A stretch of DNA of 64,000 nucleotides from a virus. This document shows positions 56,490 through 64,000 of this stretch, piece by piece; within the stretch, counting starts at the first letter, position 1, and each line of letters opens with the position of its first letter. The translations under genes and the position numbers were made by a program. A model generated the notes under the pieces. The model saw nothing but the letters and a program-made list of their open reading frames with translations, was not told the origin of the DNA and did not search any database. The DNA lies in the IMG/VR virus record IMGVR_UViG_3300046504_000032, positions 3,120 through 67,119 of that record; one strand, given 5' to 3'.

Positions 56490-58444
56490 TAATATACAGT
56501 ATATTTTGAGTTAAGATAATTCACTACCAATGTTTGATCCGAACCACTATCAATCTTAGTCCTGACCCACACTTCTTTTACTGATATATAAGCACCATTC
56601 GTTGCATTATCATCACCTATGACAAATTTAGCATATGTGCTTGTAGCAAGAGTACCAACTACCGCACTATTAGCATTTAGTTGTATTTTGGAACCATTTA
56701 GCGCATCTTCATTATATATTATCCTTAAAATATAATAAGTATCATCATTATAAAAAGATGCTCCAGTTGCAAAGGTTTCACCACCACCAATTATTGTTAA
56801 GGCAGTAGGTTCGGTTGCAGATTGTCTAAAACTATTAGAACCTAATTTAAATAAGTAGTCACTTGCAGTATAACCATGAACACTTATTACAGCATAAATC
56901 ATTGATGGCTGAGCATAAGAAAATGGGTCTGCTATCAAATAATCATCTGTGCCATCAAAATCCACCTCACCATTTACTGCGTCCCATGTTGGACGGGAAG
57001 TGAGAGTGCCTATTGCATGGTTATCATTCCCAGATATATCATTCCATTGATTTATAAGACTTCCTGTCAAGCTGAAATTATCGGCATCGGCAATAAGTGC
57101 TTCTTTTGTATAAGTATCGGATAATAAGAATGAAGGTGCAGAAACAGATGGAACAGGCATATTATTTGTCACCGCCTTATTAACCCAGTTAACAACCTTA
57201 TTTCTTGATGAGTCCTGTAACTTTTTACCTCCAGATACATTAGCTAATGTTGCAGTGTAATCAAGCAGATAAGTTGAGCCATAATTACCTACGCTGTCCA
57301 TTACTATATAAAGACTGTCATGTCCTATCAAACTCTTATTAATCCCGTAAGTATTGCCATCTTCAGTAATATGGAATGCTCCTTTATTTGGTATTGAATC
57401 CTGCCTTACATCAGTTGTGTCGAACATAACCAGAACAGTATCATCTGCAAAGGTTCCAAGTTCGGCACTGAGAAATACAGGAGCCTCAAAATCATGTCCT
57501 GCCCCTAAATAAGCAAGTATATTTGTTAATGTCCCCCGAAGATTAGTATTACTGTCCTTTAGACTATCTATCACCTGATAGAGATATGTGGTATCGTAAG
57601 AACCACCTCCATAATCATGCAGTTGTTTATAAGTAACATAATTCCCCTGACTTTGTTTTACTGAATCTGCGAGCGAAATACCTGTTGTTGCATTGGAGAG
57701 ATAAACATCCATAGAATCATTAATATTCTGATGTGTGGCATATCTTGTATTGGATTGTGTTTTTGTATATCTGGCAAGTAAACTATCTGCAAGTACAGTT
57801 ATAGTTGATTGTGCCTGATTATGTGCTGTTGGTGTCCGGGCATCAGAGAGTCTTGCATCGTTACCGGCTGTGAAATTCGTAGCTCCAGTGCCAAATGACC
57901 CCGTAGTTAATACTCCAGATGTAGTGGTAATTAAAGGAAGATTCGCTGTTGATCCTATTGCCCCGGCACTTGTTATATTTCCGTGTGCATGACTGGTATT
58001 AGCCTTTAAGTCTATGCGGGCAGATAAATGAGTTGTATCAGTCGATCCGCCGCCGCCGCCACCAACAGACCTCGCATAAGCTTTTGTAGCGACCGTATCA
58101 GTTGTACTTACTTTCTGCACACCAAGAAACACTGGGTTAAGCAGTCTCGCATATCGCTGAAGCATTGCTGTCGTATCTGTTTTAGACAACTTCAATCCAA
58201 TATTTGTAGTATTGGCATTGGTCTGAAGGATCGTACGGTTTGTCTTAGACATTGCACTACGTAGACTTTCACCTGTCCCAGAATTAGCACTTGTACCTAT
58301 GTTGATTGTATCAAGCTGATCGCCTATGTTCCTTGAGTGGGATCTTTTGACAATAGAACCACCATCAGTCTGTGACGTATAATAATATTTCGAACACCCT
58401 GCCAACAGGATCAGACTTGAGAATAAGATTAATAGCTTTTTCAT
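56489..58444 (-). CDS. Tail-fibre-like protein with lipoprotein signal and C-terminal lectin-like domain
   Basis: MKKLLILFSSLILLAGC lipobox; INIGTSANSGTGESLRSA, HAHGNIT and GNDARLSDARTPTAH fibre motifs; W.DISGN.NHA and FDGTDDYL ConA-like motifs. Confidence 0.7.
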   Translation of the reverse strand: MKKLLILFSSLILLAGCSKYYYTSQTDGGSIVKRSHSRNIGDQLDTINIGTSANSGTGESLRSAMSKTNRTILQTNANTTNIGLKLSKTDTTAMLQRYARLLNPVFLGVQKVSTTDTVATKAYARSVGGGGGGSTDTTHLSARIDLKANTSHAHGNITSAGAIGSTANLPLITTTSGVLTTGSFGTGATNFTAGNDARLSDARTPTAHNQAQSTITVLADSLLARYTKTQSNTRYATHQNINDSMDVYLSNATTGISLADSVKQSQGNYVTYKQLHDYGGGSYDTTYLYQVIDSLKDSNTNLRGTLTNILAYLGAGHDFEAPVFLSAELGTFADDTVLVMFDTTDVRQDSIPNKGAFHITEDGNTYGINKSLIGHDSLYIVMDSVGNYGSTYLLDYTATLANVSGGKKLQDSSRNKVVNWVNKAVTNNMPVPSVSAPSFLLSDTYTKEALIADADNFSLTGSLINQWNDISGNDNHAIGTLTSRPTWDAVNGEVDFDGTDDYLIADPFSYAQPSMIYAVISVHGYTASDYLFKLGSNSFRQSATEPTALTIIGGGETFATGASFYNDDTYYILRIIYNEDALNGSKIQLNANSAVVGTLATSTYAKFVIGDDNATNGAYISVKEVWVRTKIDSGSDQTLVVNYLNSKYTVY

Positions 58445-58875
58445 ATAATATAAAGTTTAAAATTCGAAGGTAAGTATTTATTTAAGTTCTGTAATGCAAT
58501 GTCAGGATGAACAATATCTATCGTTCCATTACCATCAATATCCATCCAGTCAGTCCCCGGTATCTGACAACCAAGAGTATCTTTCAAAAAGTTCCCGATA
58601 TGAATCATTATACCTTCCCTTCCTGGAACATCTTTAATCCAGAATACATTGGGATGCCCTTTATAAGAATATTTGATAACATCATAAACGCCAGAAGGTA
58701 TACAGGAAATATTATGTTCGTTATTCAACCAGGGAAGCTCCATACAGAAACACCGATATAATTCTGTAACACCGTCCATAACAAGATAAAGTCCCTGGGT
58801 TGAATCAATTTTATATTTCCGTATCAGAATAAGTTTTGGCATCTTATATTTTATAATCATTTCTGAACATTTCAT
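58441..58875 (-). CDS. DUF5675-like (L,D-transpeptidase-like) protein
   Basis: ELPW...SCIPSG.Y, DVPGR.GI.IH.GN...DT.GC. Confidence 0.85.
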   Translation of the reverse strand: MKCSEMIIKYKMPKLILIRKYKIDSTQGLYLVMDGVTELYRCFCMELPWLNNEHNISCIPSGVYDVIKYSYKGHPNVFWIKDVPGREGIMIHIGNFLKDTLGCQIPGTDWMDIDGNGTIDIVHPDIALQNLNKYLPSNFKLYII

Positions 58876-58885
58876 TTCTTAACTC

Positions 58886-59299
58886 TTATCGAATCAAACT
58901 ATGTAGACCTAAAGCTATAAGTACACCAATTATTGCGGCTATAAGCACACGAATAATAGTGCTGGGCCATCCGGCATATATCTCAAGGACTCTTAATCTT
59001 AAATCCTGTGTATCCTGTCTTTGTTCAAGCAATTTAAGCCTCTCTTTTATACATATCACATCGTTTCGTATCTCAGTAATGAGCTTATTCTGCTTTTCAA
59101 GAGATAAGAACATGCGTTCATTCTGTTGTTGGATGACCTCTGCGAGGGCTTTGGTGAGTTCCACTATGTTCTTATCAAAGGCTTTATTCCAATCCTCATT
59201 ATGTGCATCGAGAGACCTCTTTATGAATGCCCTGTCATCAATATTTAAAGACATCCCCTTGAGCGTCTTATCAGATACGGGAACTATTTTTTTCGCCAT
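58886..59299 (-). CDS. Coiled-coil protein with C-terminal TM
   Basis: Heptad region followed by a hydrophobic tail. Confidence 0.75.
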   Translation of the reverse strand: MAKKIVPVSDKTLKGMSLNIDDRAFIKRSLDAHNEDWNKAFDKNIVELTKALAEVIQQQNERMFLSLEKQNKLITEIRNDVICIKERLKLLEQRQDTQDLRLRVLEIYAGWPSTIIRVLIAAIIGVLIALGLHSLIR

Positions 59300-59397
59300 T
59301 GTTTTATTATATATAAGATAAATTTCAAAGTGTAGAATACCATTGTCAATGCCACAAATAATCCAAATCCAATTATGATATAAAGTCCTGCATTCAT
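59284..59397 (-). CDS. Small single-TM protein (37 aa)
   Basis: MNAGLYIIIGFGLFVALTMVFYTLKFILYIIKQWRKK; its ATG overlaps the -1 frame stop of the upstream gene. Confidence 0.6.
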   Translation of the reverse strand: MNAGLYIIIGFGLFVALTMVFYTLKFILYIIKQWRKK

Positions 59398-59824
59398 TTT
59401 ATCTTCTTAACTCCTATTTTCAAACTATCAAATGTTATCTTGGTATGTAAGGAATCATTAGCGAACTTGGCTCGTTGTTTTTTTTTAACTCATAATTCTC
59501 CATTTTCAGTCCTTCAAAGTATTTCATAAAGCTGTCTGTCTTGGTAAGATTATCCCTCCAATAAAGAATTACCGATTTCTGCAAAGCATTATGAGCGGCA
59601 GCATAGTTATCGACCTTTCTGTTATACCTCATTTGCCTTACCGCAATGGAGTCCAATTTAGTATCCATATTCTTTACGATAATCTTTAGATCGCCTGTTT
59701 CATTGGCTATATCTTCCTGTTTCCCCACCCAAGATGAAACCGCCCAAGCAGTACCTCCCACAAAAGCTATAGCCGATACAATACCCATAAAATAACCAAT
59801 ATATTTCATTAATGTTTTAAACAT
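59394..59824 (-). CDS. Membrane-anchored coiled-coil protein with short (stop 59435) and -1 frameshifted (stop 59394) forms
   Basis: N-terminal TM and an A9 run; the -1 frame ends KIGVKKIK. Confidence 0.7.
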
Positions 59825-60472
59825 TTACGCTACCTTAAGTCCTCTAAAATTATTCTTATTTCCCTTATTCCATGGAGTCGCTCCCTCTCTGCTTGGGGGT
59901 TTTATTCCATGCTGTATATTATATTCTCTTTGTTTCTGTTTAGTTTTTTCAGATGATCTCTGCCCTTTATTCCAAGCAGGTTGACCTAAGTGTTTTTCTC
60001 TATTTTTCCTTATAGATTCCAGTGAAGCCTTTTTGCCTTTTCTCCCAGAAGGTTTCCCCTTTCTGCTCATTTTAGCCAATGCCTCTTTAGAATAATTTCT
60101 ATGCTTACCCTTAAACGGAGATGCTATTCCTATATGAGATTTCCTGTTTTTTTCTACTATTTCTTTTGATCGTTTTATTCCTATATTACTATTGGCTATT
60201 AATCTTATATTAAACCAAGGATTTAACAAATCAATAAAATATTGTTCATTATTTATTATACTACTCTTTTCACATTCTAACAAAATCAAAAATGACAAAT
60301 CATCTATACCGTATTTATCATAATGTCGTTGAAGTTTAATTGAATGATGATTTCCTTTCTTTAATGAACTCAAATGACAGCGCCATCTTTGCGTAATATT
60401 TATAGCACTCCCAATATAACACCTATCGGGTTTTGTCTTAGATTGTATTTTATAAATTCCACTTATTTTCAT
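59825..60472 (-). CDS. GIY-YIG homing endonuclease with NUMOD3-type repeats
   Basis: SGIYKI...YIGSA...RW..H, EQYFID, PWNKG repeats; ATG 60472 preferred. Confidence 0.92.
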   Translation of the reverse strand: MKISGIYKIQSKTKPDRCYIGSAINITQRWRCHLSSLKKGNHHSIKLQRHYDKYGIDDLSFLILLECEKSSIINNEQYFIDLLNPWFNIRLIANSNIGIKRSKEIVEKNRKSHIGIASPFKGKHRNYSKEALAKMSRKGKPSGRKGKKASLESIRKNREKHLGQPAWNKGQRSSEKTKQKQREYNIQHGIKPPSREGATPWNKGNKNNFRGLKVA

Positions 60473-60491
60473 AATATAAAGATACAAAAAA

Positions 60492-60584
60492 TTACATCAC
60501 GCCCCAGGCAATTCCCCCAACAAGCGCAACTGCTGACGCTACTGCCATGAAGTAACCGATGTATTTTAATATTAACTTTAGCAT
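60492..60584 (-). pseudogene. Truncated duplicate of the 5' end of the 59824 gene
   Basis: MLKLILKYIGYFMAVASAVALVGGIAWGVM* compared with MFKTLMKYIGYFMGIVSAIAFVGGTAWAVS. Confidence 0.75.
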
Positions 60585-60651
60585 ATTATTTTTCGTTTTG
60601 CCTGTACCATTCTATTTTGAGTTCATCATGTTTTGTTCACGTCCGAAGCCA

Positions 60652-63039
60652 CTATATGGCTTTAAAATTATCTTTTGGCAAATCAACATAACCACCACCT
60701 GCAGTGTAACACATTATACCAACCTTAGTAGCTGCATTATGTGTGGCATCAGTAAAATTACTTACTAATCCATCATTGCCCCAATATGCTTTAATTACAT
60801 TGCCAATAGCTAAAACCCTTAATGTTCTCGTAACGCTTACCTCGTCTGTTATATAAGCAAAGCCCTTCACCGTAACTTCATCCAATACAAACTGAATATA
60901 TAACTGAAGCCCGTCTCTTTCTACACAACAATACCAGTGATTTGTTGCATCCACATATCGGAAAACAACTCCTACGCATAAATGAGCAGTAGGATCTGCG
61001 GGCATATCTATATCTATCGAAATATCAACATCTGCCTTGCCACATTCACAAACAACAAAGTTATTCCCGTTATTTGCATAATCCTTCAATGCCTTGTTTG
61101 TATTTATCTTCCACACTCCAACATCTTCAGCCCATCCTGCTCCTTTATCCATAGCGTGAGCGTTAAGCCTAACAGCATCATTGTCTGTAAAATTATCACT
61201 AAGTGAATAATTAGGATGAACCTCCCACGGTATTGAAAATGTATTATTTGGTGATTTATATACTGACAAATTCAATCTATCTGACAAACCCTGACCTGTC
61301 GGAGTTCCTGAACTTATTGAACCCATTAAATTTATATACCTCGTATTGTCGCCTTTATCATAATCTCTATTTGCCCAAAAATCTGCAAGTAGCTGATTCA
61401 CATTTGCACTCGTAAGAGTTACCGTTGTATGTACATACATCCAACATAATGCATGTAAGTTAGTTACATTCGGGAATGTTAATGTATTATTCCCTGTTAC
61501 ATAAACACAAAATAAATCCGTTAATCCCGCTATACTTCCTGTTACTGTATTACTGTTAGTACCTGATAATCTTAAATATTGCATATATATCAATCCACTA
61601 ACATCTCCCGATATGCTATTATTACCATCAACATGAACAAACTGTAAAAGTGTAAGCAATGCAATATTTCCAGATACAGTATTATTACCCCTTATTCCAA
61701 GTGACCAAATAGAAGTTAGATTATTTATGCTTCCAGTAAGTGTATTGTCACCCGTAACAAATATGTAAGTCAAATTTACAAGTCCTGCGATACTTCCAGA
61801 TAACGTATTATGTCCTTCAATCTCACCAATCCCAACTACTAATTTTCCCGCAACACTTAAGAGTGTCAATGAAGTTAATCCGCTTACATCCCCCGATAGT
61901 GTATTATCACCCGAAACTGACACATAAGTCAATCCCGTTAATCCCTGAATACTTCCTGTAATACTATTCTCACCCCTTACCTCCAAAAAAGTTAAATAAA
62001 TTAATGCCGTTACTGAACCACTTAATGTATTTGTTCCTGTTACACTTATAGCCGTCAGACTAACAAGATTTGATATACTACCAGTTAATGTCGTGTTAGA
62101 TTGAACACTTAAAAATGTCAATTTTGTTAATAAACTTATATCACCTGATAATGTATTCTTACCTGATATATAAATTGATGTTAAATTGATTAACTGCGTT
62201 ATGTCTCCGCTTAAGTTTGGACAATTAATACCCGCAACCCAATTATTCCACCTTATAATATATTTGTCTGGTAAGATAAAAGTAGATGTTCCAGAAGTAA
62301 CTTTAACATAAATAGTTCTATCAGCCCCGGTCGTTACATCCCACGTTGAAGATTCATCAACTGTTCCACCAGAATCAGAATAAAACTTTCCACCACCACT
62401 TAGAGTAACTGTAATATTCTTACTTACAGCTAATTTTAATAGTGCAACTCCTGAACCATCACCTGTTGAAGTTAATGTGAATATTTGTGGCGTCCAGTTA
62501 CTACCCCACCAAACACTCTCTCCCATAATCCTATTATCCTTCATGTACCCGTTTGGTGAAAGAACTCCTCCTATATCCCAATATTCAGCCCATAGCTTGA
62601 AGTCGGCATTAAGTTTATATTTGTCAGCAGCGGAAAGAACAACCCCTTCTTTAAGGATCCCGATGGCTGATACCTGGTAGGGTTCAAAGTCGGTGTACTT
62701 GATGAAGGTCCTCATAGTCTCGCTGATGATAAGATCAGAGAAGGGTCTCTCGACAACACCCCCATCGAACCAGTAATTATCATCACCGTCACAGGCGAGA
62801 TAAGTCTCATTATCCGGCACAGCAAAGGTAGCCTCGGTATCTTCAGGGATAAATTTTGAAGTAAAGTCCTTGTCTGTTACAGTAATGACATCATTCCCGA
62901 ATTCATTTTTCAGATCATCCCCGACAAAATTACCAATCCAAAGGAACTGGAAGTAGTCTTTCTTCTTCCAATATTTAAGCCAGTCCATGCTTGGACCTGC
63001 ACCTACTCTAAGTTTCCCTATGCCGATCTTTAAAGACAT
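60652..63039 (-). CDS. Tail-associated protein with leucine-rich repeats and C-terminal beta-sandwich
   Basis: Roughly eleven 22-aa repeats of the form LT.LT.LSV.G.NTLSGSI. Confidence 0.75.
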   Translation of the reverse strand: MSLKIGIGKLRVGAGPSMDWLKYWKKKDYFQFLWIGNFVGDDLKNEFGNDVITVTDKDFTSKFIPEDTEATFAVPDNETYLACDGDDNYWFDGGVVERPFSDLIISETMRTFIKYTDFEPYQVSAIGILKEGVVLSAADKYKLNADFKLWAEYWDIGGVLSPNGYMKDNRIMGESVWWGSNWTPQIFTLTSTGDGSGVALLKLAVSKNITVTLSGGGKFYSDSGGTVDESSTWDVTTGADRTIYVKVTSGTSTFILPDKYIIRWNNWVAGINCPNLSGDITQLINLTSIYISGKNTLSGDISLLTKLTFLSVQSNTTLTGSISNLVSLTAISVTGTNTLSGSVTALIYLTFLEVRGENSITGSIQGLTGLTYVSVSGDNTLSGDVSGLTSLTLLSVAGKLVVGIGEIEGHNTLSGSIAGLVNLTYIFVTGDNTLTGSINNLTSIWSLGIRGNNTVSGNIALLTLLQFVHVDGNNSISGDVSGLIYMQYLRLSGTNSNTVTGSIAGLTDLFCVYVTGNNTLTFPNVTNLHALCWMYVHTTVTLTSANVNQLLADFWANRDYDKGDNTRYINLMGSISSGTPTGQGLSDRLNLSVYKSPNNTFSIPWEVHPNYSLSDNFTDNDAVRLNAHAMDKGAGWAEDVGVWKINTNKALKDYANNGNNFVVCECGKADVDISIDIDMPADPTAHLCVGVVFRYVDATNHWYCCVERDGLQLYIQFVLDEVTVKGFAYITDEVSVTRTLRVLAIGNVIKAYWGNDGLVSNFTDATHNAATKVGIMCYTAGGGYVDLPKDNFKAI

Positions 63040-63041
63040 AA

Positions 63042-63512
63042 TTAAATTCCGTAACCGATATAAATATCTGTTGCTGTCGTTCCATCGCTGAATATCTTCC
63101 TTGCAATTTCAGGATCAAGGAAATAAACCTGTTCCTCGACTGTCTTGGTAAGGACAGCATCAATAACCCCGCCTCCATCTCCTGTTTCTGCTTCGTCTGC
63201 ATGAGTGAGTGCGAAAGTGAATGTGTATGGTGTAGGTATGTCTATTACCACGAATTCACCATTATAGTCAGCATGGTTAAGTCCTGATATCATTACTGAT
63301 TCACCAACCCTCAGACCATGATTTCCAAGTGTTTTAATGGTCGCCACGTTGGTATCTATCTGTCTTGAGATAGAGACAGCTGCAGCACTACCAAACGAAG
63401 AATACTTAATGTCCCCTGCGCCACTCCTTATGAAGAATCCTCTGGTATCTTCAAAATCCAATGCTGAGACATCAACTGGAATTACCCTGCGAATATTACC
63501 TGATACGTTCAT
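63042..63512 (-). CDS. Small structural protein with beta-rich insertion
   Basis: HGLRVGESVMISG...YNG.F.V...TFTF module common in virion proteins. Confidence 0.7.
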   Translation of the reverse strand: MNVSGNIRRVIPVDVSALDFEDTRGFFIRSGAGDIKYSSFGSAAAVSISRQIDTNVATIKTLGNHGLRVGESVMISGLNHADYNGEFVVIDIPTPYTFTFALTHADEAETGDGGGVIDAVLTKTVEEQVYFLDPEIARKIFSDGTTATDIYIGYGI

Positions 63513-63530
63513 GATATTATGAATTAAAGT

Positions 63531-64000
63531 TTATAAATTACCTTCTGATACCCATGTTCCTGGTGAGCCTCCTACTGTACAAATCCATCCCTTTGGTTGT
63601 CCTGACGATGGCGCTGAATTTTTAACATAGTCACCGGCAAGCCAAGTGTCCGTACCCGAAGCCGGTGTAGCTGCCCCATACCTCATAACATTTGCTACAG
63701 GTCTCGTTCCATCGCCAGATGTACTGCAATTCTCAATAAACCATTCTCTCCTAATTGTTTCTGAAGCGGTGGACTGATATACATTATACCATGCTCCTGT
63801 AACATTCATCAATGTACCGGAACTTGATACGTTCAATACGACTGAATATGTAGGGAAGTTTGTCCCCAATATCCTGATTCTGTTTATAAAATGGTTAGTA
63901 CCCCATATCTCTATTGCTTCGGTACACTTCGCATTATCAATTTCGATTAGAGTTAAACCGATAAGAGTAGTGTTATTCCCGGCAAGTCTGAAAACAGGAG
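63531..64000 (-). CDS. C-terminal part of a tail spike/fibre, truncated by the window edge
   Basis: Frame is open to the right edge; ends P.SGT.W..GD.V.N..P...QPKGWICT.GG.PGTW. Confidence 0.75.
   Translation of the reverse strand, partial: PVFRLAGNNTTLIGLTLIEIDNAKCTEAIEIWGTNHFINRIRILGTNFPTYSVVLNVSSSGTLMNVTGAWYNVYQSTASETIRREWFIENCSTSGDGTRPVANVMRYGAATPASGTDTWLAGDYVKNSAPSSGQPKGWICTVGGSPGTWVSEGNL

Noticed and set aside
58562-61287. ATCTGACAA copies near 58562 and 61279
   Set aside because: They lie on the non-coding strand inside genes and away from starts, so chance is likely
1-64000. Stop-codon reassignment, diversity-generating retroelement or integrase
   Set aside because: Genes are intact in the standard code with all three stops used. 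No reverse transcriptase, template/variable repeat pair or recombinase is seen in the window.

Overview
The window is most of the genome of a tailed phage with podovirus-like architecture. The host is very probably a member of Bacteroidota: TAnnTTTG -7 promoter boxes recur and gene starts are AT-rich with little Shine-Dalgarno use. From left to right it carries a truncated scaffold-like gene, large terminase and nucleases, tRNA-Met(CAT), portal, and a 5612-aa polyvalent ejection protein (PPase-like, zeta-toxin-like kinase, DarB-like methyltransferase/SNF2 helicase, metallopeptidase). Smaller ejection proteins, a GAF-type holin-like gene and a tail stabilisation protein follow. Next come a repeat-rich non-coding control region, an early/replication arm (Toprim, SMC-like ATPase, RecT, MBL nuclease, initiator, DnaC-like loader, Rha) and a minus-strand lysis/tail-fibre arm. 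No integrase, major capsid gene or CRISPR array is visible. The most striking unannotated signal is a promoter- and terminator-bounded small RNA at 51883-51960 whose exposed loop is complementary to a motif at the start codons of five early genes. Other signals are two paralogous membrane proteins with a conserved -1 frameshift, a promoter-bearing gene nested in the giant ORF, a tRNA scaffold with a 78-nt insert, a shared palindromic site at two late promoters, and tail-fibre-like proteins with signal peptides. Family assignments come from motif recognition by eye, not from database searches.
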